DNA of 60,174 nucleotides from an uncultured Dehalococcoidia bacterium. Lineage in GTDB: Bacteria > Chloroflexota > Dehalococcoidia > SM23-28-2. The stretch's first letter is position 1; every line of letters begins with the position of its first letter. The stretch is from assembly GCA_964512285.1 (NCBI GenBank), contig CAZEJO010000008.1:1-60174 (forward strand). Direction: 5' to 3'. A program made the translations under genes and the position numbers. This document shows, one piece after another, positions 1-8,885 of the stretch. The notes under the pieces were generated by a model. The model saw only the letters and a program-made list of their open reading frames with translations. It was not told the origin of the DNA and ran no database searches.

Positions 1-2
1 AG

Positions 3-161
3 TGGAACCTAGTGGATCGGGCGACGCTTGTCGCTGCCCAGCAAGACCCGGAGGCGTATCGGGGGCTGGTTGTGCGGGTGGCGGGCTACAGCGCCCTGTT
101 CACCGACCTCAACCGCGTCGTCCAGGACGAGCTCATCGCGCGGATGGAGCATACCGTCTGA
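3..161 (+). CDS. Glycyl radical enzyme (PFL/GRE superfamily), C-terminal fragment truncated by the window edge
   Basis: Frame 3 translates to WNLVDRATLVAAQQDPEAYRGLVVRVAGYSALFTDLNRVVQDELIARMEHTV*, containing the glycyl-radical loop RVAGYS and the typical QDELIAR end. Absent from the ORF track because there is no start codon. Confidence 0.93.
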   Translation, partial: WNLVDRATLVAAQQDPEAYRGLVVRVAGYSALFTDLNRVVQDELIARMEHTV

Positions 162-189
162 GGAACGGCGGGGAGCCACGAGTCGGCGC

Positions 190-3081
190 TCAGCGCTCGT
201 AGGCACCGATGTCGGGCGCGGCGTCACGAGGGTGGCCTTCGGCGTCGTCGGAGGGGGCATCGAGGGAACTGCCGGCGTCCACAGCGGGGCTGCCCGCCTG
301 TAGGTGCAGGTCCACGTCTGACCAGCCGGAGACAAAGATCGGGTCGGCCGTCACGTCTCCGTAGCCCTGGCCGGTGAAAGCGGCCCAGGTGCCGTCCGTG
401 ATCTCGGCGCGGGTGAACCAGGGGTCGTGCTCGCTCACGAACTCGGCCTCGATCTCGCCGTCGTCTCGGCTCCAGTAGAGGTTATCGTGCTCCGTTAGCT
501 GTACGCCTTCTCCCAGGTAGAGGCCGGTCGGTGAGCCTTGCTGCGGGCCGGTGTTGAAGGCGAAGATGTTGTTCACCAATGTCAGTTTGATCGCCGCCGA
601 GGCGCCGGTTTCGGGGTAGGCGGCGATGAAGGCATAGTCTCGGGCGCCGTAGTCAGGGCTGTACATATTGTAGGCGATGGTGTTGTTGACTACCTCGTAG
701 GTGCCGGGGTATACGCCCACCACCACCGGGTTGATCCCCTGTCCCCAGACGACGTTGTTCTCCATCCGGCCGCCGGCCCAGAGCTTGATGCCCTGCAGAT
801 GGTTACGCACGACCCTGTTGCGCCTCACGATGATGCCGGGGACGTTGCCAGCGGAATCGCGAGAGTTGAGGTCAATGCCGTCGCCGCCGTTATCGTGGAC
901 GTAGGAGTCCTCCACCAGGATGTACTGCCCCCGCGCCACCGACAGCCCGTCGCCGCCAAAATCGGCTCCTGGCGCTGACCCTGCGCCGTAGATTTCGAGC
1001 CGCCGGAAGGTCATCCGGTCGCAGGGGCCGGGGGTGCAGTCCACCGCCTCGTAATCGCAGTCGTGAAGGACGCTGTCCTCCAGAACGACGTCGCTCACCG
1101 GCCCGTACTCAGGGGCTTCATCGGAGTAGCCTACGGTGAAGCGGACGCTGGCCTCGCCGCCGGCCACGTCCAGGTGCGAAAGGAGAACGTGGTGGTTATC
1201 GCCCTCCAGGGTGACGCCCCAGACGGGGAAGTCCAGGACGGCAAAGCCGATCAGGTTCAGGTAGGCGGTATCGTGGGCCAGGGTCAGGCTGCCCTGGACG
1301 GTGGCCGTCTCGCTGGGAGCAGCGGCGAAGGTGATGGCGGCCTCGCTGGTGCCGGAGCGGGAGAAGGTCACATCCTCCGAGTAGCTACCGGTGCCGACGC
1401 AGACGGTGTCGCCGGGCTGAGCCGCATCGGCGGCGTGCTGAATGGTGTGCCAGGGAGCATCGGTGGTGCCGGGGTTGGCGTCGTCGCCGCTGGGAGCAAC
1501 ATGGTGGGTGCAGGTTATCGTGGGGTCTGGATCAGGCTGTGTCTGCTCCTTGCCGAGGGCAATGATCGCCTGCATGTGGTCGAGGCTCGTTAGGCTGCTG
1601 ATCTCGGGTTGGTCGGGGAACCAGCGCTGCCACGTCTGGGTCTGGGGGTCGATCCAGTAGGCCGCCGCCACCGTCGCCTCTGTGCAGCTCGCGACGGCCT
1701 GGTCGATGGGCGTGCCGTCTGTGCCAGGCCACACGGAGATCGCCCACTTGTCGACTTGCGGGCAGTTGCGCATCCCACCGGCAAACAACTCACTCAAAAT
1801 CAGATCAGTAACAGCACCAATCTCCTCTTGGCCATCAACACAAACAGCGTATTCCTGCGAGTAAGAATTCTTGCCATCCGTCTTCGTTATCTGATCGTAG
1901 CCGTGTCTCGCACAGTACGAATAGCTTTCCCCGCACTTGCCTTGCAGAAAGCTCCAGTCACCGCATTCACTGCCATCTGGGAAGATGCATATACCATACT
2001 GTCCTTCAGGTTCTTCGGCTATTCTGTAACCGTATCCCAACTCATAACAGTAGACAGTGGCAGGGTCTGGGATTTGGTAAGTCTCGCCATTAGAAGCCGA
2101 AGCAATATCGTCATCAAGGCCTTCGGAGGAGGGCTTGTCTCCGCCGCCCGTTTGCGGCCGGTCGTCCTCTGTCGAGGCCGCCGCCACAGCCGCGCTCCAT
2201 GCGATGATGCCCTGGCCGTCGTCGATTGCGATGAGATCGCTGATTTCGGGCCGATCGCGGAAATAGCGAATCCATGTCTGAGTGTCTCGGTTGATGCGAT
2301 ACGCGACATCGACCTGCTGAGAGCAAGACGCCAGGGCCTCCTCGATCGGCACGGCGTACTGGCCGCTCCAGGTGGCGACTGACCACTTGCCGGCCTGGGG
2401 ACAGTTGTACATCGTGTCGTCGGGCGACTCAGGGCCTGCCGTCCAGCCCAGGGCCTGCGCTTCGGCTTCCGGCGTGGGCGTAGGCGTGGGCGTAGGCGTA
2501 GGCGTGGGCGTGGGTGTAGGCGTGGGCGTAGGTGTGGGCGTGCGTGTAGGCAGCGGGACGCCGCCGTCATCGTAGTTGCCGAAGTCCACCGTCCAGAACC
2601 AGCCGTACAGCGACTGGGGGTTGTAAGCCCTGCCGACGCCGGCCACGACGAAGCCGTCGGTGAGCATGACGGCGTTGTGCCCCGGCGAGCTGCGCCAGCC
2701 TTCGAAGGCGCCCTCCGGTGTGCCGCTACCGGCTCGGATGACCTCGCCCCACAGGCTGGCCTGCGTATAGCCGAAGGCCAGCATGCGCTCCGACGGGTTG
2801 CGGCCCAGGGAGTCGGTGTGGTCCATGTAGTTGTACTGGGCCATGTCCTCGCTCATCCAGTGAGCGGCGGCGCTGAGTGTCGGCGAGACCTTGAGCGTCG
2901 ACAGGCCATGCTCCAACCGGTAGTCATTGATCAGGGCCAGCAGGGCGGCCTCGTCCTCGCTCAGGAGTGGCGTCTGACCGCGAACGTGGGATTGGCCCAC
3001 TGCCAGAAGCGATAGGAAGGCCGCAACCACCAGCGCGGCTCCAACAGCGAGAAGGAAGGGGTACCGTCTGGAGTTTCGCAT
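190..3081 (-). CDS. Secreted modular protein: CAP/SCP domain, PT linker, two copies of an NCPQ-x-x-KW domain, DUF333-like module, parallel beta-helix domain, choice-of-anchor-Q-like end
   Basis: N-terminal signal peptide; CAP motifs (LINDYR, HWMSEDM, W..SPGHNAVM, FWTVDFG); (PT)n; PATVYCYELG..GICIFPDGSECGDW; HVAPSGDD.NPGT...PWHTIQHA; DLHLQAGSPAVDAG..PDIGAYE. Confidence 0.85.
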   Translation of the reverse strand: MRNSRRYPFLLAVGAALVVAAFLSLLAVGQSHVRGQTPLLSEDEAALLALINDYRLEHGLSTLKVSPTLSAAAHWMSEDMAQYNYMDHTDSLGRNPSERMLAFGYTQASLWGEVIRAGSGTPEGAFEGWRSSPGHNAVMLTDGFVVAGVGRAYNPQSLYGWFWTVDFGNYDDGGVPLPTRTPTPTPTPTPTPTPTPTPTPTPTPEAEAQALGWTAGPESPDDTMYNCPQAGKWSVATWSGQYAVPIEEALASCSQQVDVAYRINRDTQTWIRYFRDRPEISDLIAIDDGQGIIAWSAAVAAASTEDDRPQTGGGDKPSSEGLDDDIASASNGETYQIPDPATVYCYELGYGYRIAEEPEGQYGICIFPDGSECGDWSFLQGKCGESYSYCARHGYDQITKTDGKNSYSQEYAVCVDGQEEIGAVTDLILSELFAGGMRNCPQVDKWAISVWPGTDGTPIDQAVASCTEATVAAAYWIDPQTQTWQRWFPDQPEISSLTSLDHMQAIIALGKEQTQPDPDPTITCTHHVAPSGDDANPGTTDAPWHTIQHAADAAQPGDTVCVGTGSYSEDVTFSRSGTSEAAITFAAAPSETATVQGSLTLAHDTAYLNLIGFAVLDFPVWGVTLEGDNHHVLLSHLDVAGGEASVRFTVGYSDEAPEYGPVSDVVLEDSVLHDCDYEAVDCTPGPCDRMTFRRLEIYGAGSAPGADFGGDGLSVARGQYILVEDSYVHDNGGDGIDLNSRDSAGNVPGIIVRRNRVVRNHLQGIKLWAGGRMENNVVWGQGINPVVVGVYPGTYEVVNNTIAYNMYSPDYGARDYAFIAAYPETGASAAIKLTLVNNIFAFNTGPQQGSPTGLYLGEGVQLTEHDNLYWSRDDGEIEAEFVSEHDPWFTRAEITDGTWAAFTGQGYGDVTADPIFVSGWSDVDLHLQAGSPAVDAGSSLDAPSDDAEGHPRDAAPDIGAYER
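2471..2541 (-). repeat. 6-bp tandem repeat encoding a Pro-Thr linker
   Basis: ggcgtg/ggcgta/ggtgtr units on the + strand, giving (TP)n in the 963-aa protein. Confidence 0.9.
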
Positions 3082-3090
3082 ACCTGCCCC

Positions 3091-3119
3091 ATCCTACTCA
3101 CAGGCGAGGGGATCTGCAA
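3091..3119 (-). promoter_or_regulatory. Putative sigma70 promoter, near-leaderless
   Basis: TTGCAG-N17-TAGGAT on the minus strand, with the -10 box only 9 nt upstream of the ATG at 3081. Confidence 0.5.
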
Positions 3120-3273
3120 GGGGGGAGGCCATCGATGATCAGCACAAACCACGTAGCCGAGGCGCAGCTCAAGGAGCTATTCGGGTGGCTGTGAGGCTCC
3201 GACGTGGCGGCGGTATAATACGTGCGTCTTTGGCTAGCGTGGGGGGCCACGACCAGAGGAAGGGAGGGCAGCG

Positions 3274-4167
3274 ATGCTCAAACACGAGTACGCTGATCTG
3301 AACGGCGTCCGGCTGCACTACGTGACCGCGGGAAAGGGCAAGCTGATAATGTTCGCCCACGGCTTTCCCGAGTTCTGGTACGAGTGGAAGAACCAACTCG
3401 CCGAGTTCGGCCGAGACCATCAGGCCGTGGCTCTCGACATGCGCGGCTACAACCTGTCATCAAAACCGGAAGATGTCGATCAATATCGGATTGGGTACCT
3501 GATCGAGGACCTGCGGGCGCTGGCAGAGCACCTCGGCCACAAGAAGTTCGTCCTTGTCGGCCACGACTGGGGCGGCGCCGTCGCGTGGGCATTCGCGATC
3601 TTCCATCCGGACTATCTCGAGAAGCTTATCATCATCAATGCGCCGCATCCGGGCGTGTTCGAGCGCGAGCTGCAAGAGAACCCGGCTCAGCAACGGGCCA
3701 GCCACTACATGCTGGTGTTCCGCCGTCCGCAGGCCGAGCAGATCATTTCGGCGAACGACTACGCTGCGCTGGTGGATGCTGTCTTGGCCGGTGGGCTCAA
3801 GCAGGGTTACTTCAGCGAGGAGGACCGCAGGGCGTACATCGAAGCGTGGTCACAGCCGGGCGCTCTCACCGGCGGCTTGAATTACTATCGGGCCGCGGGC
3901 ATCGGGCCGCCCACGGGGGAAGGCTCTGATTGGCGCGCGACGGAGAACGCGACCTCGGATCTGGCCGCGCTGACGGTGAGGGTGCCAACGCTGGTGATCT
4001 GGGGGGAGAAGGACGAGGCCCTGCTCACCGGCAACCTCGAGGGGCTTGACAGGTTCGTGCCCGATTTGACGGTAAAGCGCATCCCGGACGGCTCGCACTG
4101 GGTCATCCACGAGAAGCCGGAGCTGGTCAACTCCCACATACGAGAGTTCATCGCGGGCAAGCGGTAG
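3274..4167 (+). CDS. Alpha/beta hydrolase, epoxide-hydrolase family
   Basis: HGFPE, GHDWGG (Asp nucleophile), LNYYRA, GSHWV motifs; GGAGGG RBS. Confidence 0.9.
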   Translation: MLKHEYADLNGVRLHYVTAGKGKLIMFAHGFPEFWYEWKNQLAEFGRDHQAVALDMRGYNLSSKPEDVDQYRIGYLIEDLRALAEHLGHKKFVLVGHDWGGAVAWAFAIFHPDYLEKLIIINAPHPGVFERELQENPAQQRASHYMLVFRRPQAEQIISANDYAALVDAVLAGGLKQGYFSEEDRRAYIEAWSQPGALTGGLNYYRAAGIGPPTGEGSDWRATENATSDLAALTVRVPTLVIWGEKDEALLTGNLEGLDRFVPDLTVKRIPDGSHWVIHEKPELVNSHIREFIAGKR

Positions 4168-4212
4168 AATATCGGGCCTTCTGGGTCCGCGCGCCCGAGC
4201 GGGGGTCGCCGG

Positions 4213-4824
4213 TCAGCGGGCTTTCACCTCGGCGATGCCTCTCCTGAAGGCCTTCAGATTGGAGTCGAGCCTGTCAGCAGGCAGGCTTTCCTGGAGCTCC
4301 TGCTCGAACTCTTCCGGCGTTAGGGGCAGCACGTCGGCCCCCACGAGCGCTCCCGCCATGACGATGTTGGCGAGGATGGACGCGCCCAGGTCGAGGGCAA
4401 TGTCCGTGGCGTTGATCAGCCAGGACTTGCTTGATAGCTCTTCCAGCGCTTTCACTATCTCCTCAACGCTGGGATAGTGGGCAGCGCCGATGGCCACGGC
4501 CAACGGGTATACGGGCCTGGAGTTGGTGATAACGGTGACGTCTGGATTGCCGTATTGTCCCAGGACTCGCAGGGTCTCCACCGGCTCCAGACCGAGGATG
4601 ACGTTGGCCTGGCTGTGAGGGATGAGGGGGCCATATTGGGTCTCGCGCGAGATTCTCAGGTGGCTCATCACTGCTCCGCCCCGCTGGGAGGCGCCGTAGG
4701 TTTCGCCGATGGTCACGTGATGGCCGGTCCGCACCAGAGCGCTGCCCATGAGCTGTGTGATGAGGACGTTGCCCTGGCCGCCGACGCCGGTGACGATGAC
4801 GTTGAGAGGGTCTGTTCCTTCCAT
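4213..4824 (-). CDS. iorB: Indolepyruvate/aryl-pyruvate:ferredoxin oxidoreductase beta subunit
   Basis: TGVGGQG, ETYGASQRGGAV.SHLR, LEPVE. True start is MEGTD at 4824; the tracked ORF is over-extended into iorA. Confidence 0.9.
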   Translation of the reverse strand: MEGTDPLNVIVTGVGGQGNVLITQLMGSALVRTGHHVTIGETYGASQRGGAVMSHLRISRETQYGPLIPHSQANVILGLEPVETLRVLGQYGNPDVTVITNSRPVYPLAVAIGAAHYPSVEEIVKALEELSSKSWLINATDIALDLGASILANIVMAGALVGADVLPLTPEEFEQELQESLPADRLDSNLKAFRRGIAEVKAR

Positions 4825-4826
4825 GA

Positions 4827-6746
4827 TCAGGCTACCTCCCTGATGATGGCCGAAGCGGGACAGATGTCGGCGCACACCCCGCAGCCGTTGCAGATGACCT
4901 CGTCGATCTTGGCCGTCTGACTCTCGCTGTCCCAGACGAGGCCAGGGCACTGGAATACCCGCGTGCACAGGCGGGCGCAGCCGCAGCTCTCGCCGCGACA
5001 TTTGTCGCTGTCCACCCGAACCTTGTATGCGGGCTTCTCCTCTTCCTTGGCGCTGACCAAGGCGCACTTTCTCCTGGAGATCAGCACTCGCACGCCGCCG
5101 TCATCTTGCATCAGGTCAAGGAGCTTGTCGGTGGTGGCTTGGAGGTCAAAGGGGTCTGCCACCTCCACCCGTATGCCCAGCGAGCGACACAGTCCTTCCA
5201 TGTCCACGCTGGGCGCCGGCTCTCCCAGGGCGCTGGCTCCCGTTCCGGGATGAGGCTGGAAACCGGTCATAGCAGTGGCACTGTTGTCGAGGATGATCAA
5301 GGTGAAGTTGGACTGGTTGTAGACTCCGTTGATCAGGGCCGGGATGACGGCATGGAAGAAAGTGGAGTCGCCGCACACTGCCAATACGGGCTGGTCAAAA
5401 CCGAGCTTGGCCAGCTTGCCAAAGCCGGAGGCCAGGCCAGCGCCCGATCCCATGGCCTGGGCTGTCTTGAGCTGAAAGAATCCGGTGGGTCCTAGGCCCA
5501 TCGTGTAGCAGCCGATGTCGCCAGTGACGAAGCCGCCGCGCCCGTCTAGCTTGATGGCATTCTTCACCGACCAGAGGGTGGCCCGGTGGGGACAGCCGGC
5601 GCAGAAGCCGATCATCCTGTTCTGCACCAGGCTTCCGGTCAGCGCCTGCGCCTTCTTGGCGTAGTCGGGCTCGACGGCGATCCTCTCCCGGTTGAGAATG
5701 GAGCCTAGAGCTTGGATCACCTGATCTGGGTCCAACTCGCCGATGGAGGGCAAGTGACCGCTGCGCTTGCCGTAGAAGGTCAGGGGGCCAAGAGCGGAGA
5801 ACGTATCGCCGACCAGCTCCTTGAGGTTGCCTTCCAGGAAGGGGTCGACCTCCTCTACGATCAGCACCTTATTGGTTCGGGCCAGGTGCTGCTGCACCAG
5901 CTTCTCGGGTAGAGGCCAGGTGGTGCCGAGCTTCAGAATGCCCACAGAGTCCTCCAGGGCGAGGGCCTTCACCGCCTCCAAGGAGTAGTGCCAGCCGCTG
6001 CCGCAGGTAACTATCAGCAGGTCCGGCCACTTGGGGCCGGTGTACCAGTTGAAGGGGGACGACTCGAATATCTCCCTGGCCTTGGTCACCTTCTGATGCA
6101 AGAAGTTGTGCTTGATGGTAACGAGCAGGGGGGTGAACTGGCCGAGCATTGTGGGTGCGAACTTCGCCTCTCTGGTGGGGGGCACTGGCTCCCCGAGGCG
6201 TACGTCCCCGCGGGCGTGGGAGACCCGCGTTACGCTCCTGACCAGGCACACGTTCTTGATCTCCTCCGACAGTTCGAAAGCCCACTTGGTCATCTCCTTG
6301 GCTTCCTGAGAGTTGGAGGGCTCAAGGAGGGGGAGCTCGGCCCACTTGGCGAGGGGCCGGCTGTCTTGCTCGTTGGTGCTGGACGAGCCGGAGGGGTCGT
6401 CGCAGACCACCAGCACCAGGCCACCGACGGTTCCCGTCAGGTTGAGGTTCATCAGGAAGTCGGAGGCGACATTGAGGCCGTTCTGCTTCATGGCCACGAT
6501 AGCCCGCACGCCGGCAAAGGAGGCTGCGGCGGCGGCCTCCAGGGCCACCTTCTCGTTCACCGACCACTCGACGTAGATGTTCATCTCGTTGGCCACGTCG
6601 GCCAGGCTGGCGATGATCTCGGAGGAAGGATTGCCGGGATAGGCGGTGGCGAATCCCAGACCCGCCTCCAGCGCGCCGCGGGCGATGGCCTCGTTGCCCA
6701 TCAGAAGCTGGCTGGCGCCCGCCTCATATGCTGTGATGGTCGTCAT
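4827..6746 (-). CDS. iorA: Indolepyruvate/aryl-pyruvate:ferredoxin oxidoreductase alpha subunit
   Basis: MGNEAIARG, YPGNPSSE, NEKVALE, FCAGCPHR, GDIGCY, TPP motif GDSTFFH, C-terminal ferredoxin cysteines (CNGCGVC..ICP). Confidence 0.93.
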   Translation of the reverse strand: MTTITAYEAGASQLLMGNEAIARGALEAGLGFATAYPGNPSSEIIASLADVANEMNIYVEWSVNEKVALEAAAAASFAGVRAIVAMKQNGLNVASDFLMNLNLTGTVGGLVLVVCDDPSGSSSTNEQDSRPLAKWAELPLLEPSNSQEAKEMTKWAFELSEEIKNVCLVRSVTRVSHARGDVRLGEPVPPTREAKFAPTMLGQFTPLLVTIKHNFLHQKVTKAREIFESSPFNWYTGPKWPDLLIVTCGSGWHYSLEAVKALALEDSVGILKLGTTWPLPEKLVQQHLARTNKVLIVEEVDPFLEGNLKELVGDTFSALGPLTFYGKRSGHLPSIGELDPDQVIQALGSILNRERIAVEPDYAKKAQALTGSLVQNRMIGFCAGCPHRATLWSVKNAIKLDGRGGFVTGDIGCYTMGLGPTGFFQLKTAQAMGSGAGLASGFGKLAKLGFDQPVLAVCGDSTFFHAVIPALINGVYNQSNFTLIILDNSATAMTGFQPHPGTGASALGEPAPSVDMEGLCRSLGIRVEVADPFDLQATTDKLLDLMQDDGGVRVLISRRKCALVSAKEEEKPAYKVRVDSDKCRGESCGCARLCTRVFQCPGLVWDSESQTAKIDEVICNGCGVCADICPASAIIREVA

Positions 6747-6798
6747 CTCAGCAACCCCTTTCGAGCGTCATGGCCGCATGTCATGTTGAGTGCCATTG

Positions 6799-7911
6799 CT
6801 ATGACAGAAGCCTTTTCACGGCCTCGCTGGTCAGCTTGAGGTAGAGCAGGTCCTCATCGCTGCCGGTGGTCTCGATGATCTTCTCCAGCCCCCGCTTCTT
6901 CTTGGCGAGGGAGGCCTCTTTGAGATGGGCGAGGTTCTGCTCCGGCAGCGGTTCTGTCTCGATGACCCCCTTGGCTCGGGCTGCTTCCACCAGCTCGCTG
7001 CCGACGTCGCTCCGGACGATGAGCGTGTTCCAGCCCGCGATCCCTTCGGCGGCGCCGACCGAGACATCAGCGAACTCCGCCGTCAGGTCGATGCAGACAT
7101 CGCAGGTCGGCCTGACGAAAGGCCGCACGTCGTCGAGAGGGATGTCGATACGATCGGAGTTGGTGAAGACCTGGAAGAGATTGGCCGGCGGGGGAGGGAT
7201 ATCGAACTTGACTATCTGGTTGAGGGGCACTTTGTCTGCCAGGAAGGGGGCAAGGCCCTCGTAGCGAAGCGCCCAGGTGCAGAAGAGGCCGATGACCAGC
7301 TTCAGCTTGTCGATGTTGTTGCGGTTCTCCAGCGGCGAGGCTCTCATCTTGGCCAGGGCGAGCGCCTGGCAGGGGGTTCCCACCACGCCGATGCTCTGGG
7401 CATCCCCTTCTGCCTGCCGGTTGAACGCCGCCAGGGTGGGTGCGGCCACGAAGTTCGAGCCGGCGCAGCCGAGGACCTGGGTCTTGTTCTCGGCGGGGGT
7501 GCCGCTGGGGAGTATGCGCTCATCGCTGTTGGTGAGGACGGCCGAATCGATCAGCCCTTGATCGAGGGCGAAGCTGGCGAGGGCAGTGACGGTGCCGCCA
7601 AACTGGGCCTTGGACCTGATGGTTTCATCGCTGGCCCGGGCCAGCACGATCTCTCGCACTGTGCCCATCTCGTCGGCTGGGTAGGGGACGCCGAATACGG
7701 TCTGGCTGAGCAGGTCGAGGTCCAGTGAGGTGCGAGGGCAGAAGACGTAGCAGCGTCCCTGGCGCAGGTCGCACTCGTCCAGGGCAACGATCCTGCCGCG
7801 GTAGGCGACAAGGTAGGGGCACATGCCGACGCAGGCGCCGCAGAGGGTGCAAAGGTCTCGGGCCAGCACCTCGCTCTGGAGCTCGCGGCAACCCTTTACC
7901 TCTAGGCTCAT
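6799..7911 (-). CDS. FrhB/FdhB-family protein (F420 hydrogenase/dehydrogenase beta subunit) with N-terminal ferredoxin motif
   Basis: CTLCGACVGMCP, QFGGTVTAL, VGTPCQ, IGLFC, C.VC.DLTAEFADVSVG. Start MSLEV at 7911 follows a GGAAGGGAG RBS. Confidence 0.88.
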   Translation of the reverse strand: MSLEVKGCRELQSEVLARDLCTLCGACVGMCPYLVAYRGRIVALDECDLRQGRCYVFCPRTSLDLDLLSQTVFGVPYPADEMGTVREIVLARASDETIRSKAQFGGTVTALASFALDQGLIDSAVLTNSDERILPSGTPAENKTQVLGCAGSNFVAAPTLAAFNRQAEGDAQSIGVVGTPCQALALAKMRASPLENRNNIDKLKLVIGLFCTWALRYEGLAPFLADKVPLNQIVKFDIPPPPANLFQVFTNSDRIDIPLDDVRPFVRPTCDVCIDLTAEFADVSVGAAEGIAGWNTLIVRSDVGSELVEAARAKGVIETEPLPEQNLAHLKEASLAKKKRGLEKIIETTGSDEDLLYLKLTSEAVKRLLS

Positions 7912-8239
7912 ATCGTGCTCCCTTCCGCCCTTGCTCGGAATAGCGGCCAGGCCCGACAATGCGAACCCCGGCGCGTGAGCTACAGTCAGATCATATACTG
8001 TCGAGCGCGTCTGAGGAAGCGATGCGTTGGGGGCCAGCGAGCGGCTCGGTGTTGACAATCTGGCCGTTGCGACACAATACTAACGCGTCTCGCGCGGTTG
8101 TTTCGGGGACGTGCAGCGGAGGAGGCGGGAGTAGACTGCGCGCGAGGAGGGGGAGATGGAGCGCCTGCGCGCCGAGCTCCAGTGCTACCGCGATTCCATG
8201 CTGCCAGTGGTGCCGCCAAAAGGGGAGGCGGATAGCTAG

Positions 8240-8758
8240 TTGCCCACAGAAGCAATAGTCGGGCTGTTTACTCTTGGAGGCGTCGCGCTCGGTTTCGCGG
8301 GCCAATGGTTCATGGAAGGGCAGCGGGTACATAGGTCAAGGGTTGGAATGGTGAAGGCGATGCTCGGCGAGCTTAGGGCAAATGCAGCCGGTGCCGTTCG
8401 CGTTCTATACGCTGGCCCTGGAAACCGGTCGATGTTGTATTCTTCGGAAACTTGGCGGGCCGCGAACTTCGAACTGGCACAGTTCATACCGGATAACACG
8501 TATGAAGACCTCCTCCTCATCTATCAGTTACTTCCCGATATCCAGAGGCTTTCCGACACACCCCGAGTCGGATGGTCTGAAGATAAGGTGGACCTTGGAG
8601 TCAAAAGCTTGCTTAAGCAATGGATAGAACGTATCAAGCGTACAATGAATGACCTGCTCAAATTGCCTGAGGCGGCAACGTTCCGTCACCAATGGCACAT
8701 TCGTCCGGTAGAAGAGGATCTAGCGCACGAAGCGAAGAATGAGGCGGAGCGATCATGA
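8240..8758 (+). CDS. Hypothetical protein with N-terminal transmembrane helix
   Basis: 172-aa ORF with GGGAGG RBS and hydrophobic N-terminus; visibly more AT-rich than its neighbours. Confidence 0.6.
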   Translation: MPTEAIVGLFTLGGVALGFAGQWFMEGQRVHRSRVGMVKAMLGELRANAAGAVRVLYAGPGNRSMLYSSETWRAANFELAQFIPDNTYEDLLLIYQLLPDIQRLSDTPRVGWSEDKVDLGVKSLLKQWIERIKRTMNDLLKLPEAATFRHQWHIRPVEEDLAHEAKNEAERS

Positions 8759-8885
8759 TGCGACAGGGCAGGTTCACAGAAGCGCCACCCGCTGTGTGTA
8801 CTACCATTTGAGTTCTCTTGATTGACGTGGAGGACTCGACGGCCCTGACCCAGCGGCTCGGCGAAGCCAAGGCGAGGGAGGAAGG

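Noticed and set aside
4825-5067. N-terminal extensions in the ORF track (iorB, frhB-like, second permease, acxC, glucose dehydrogenase, ribH, SIMPL, lipoprotein)
   Set aside because: They overlap upstream genes or promoters; downstream starts have RBSs and match family N-termini.
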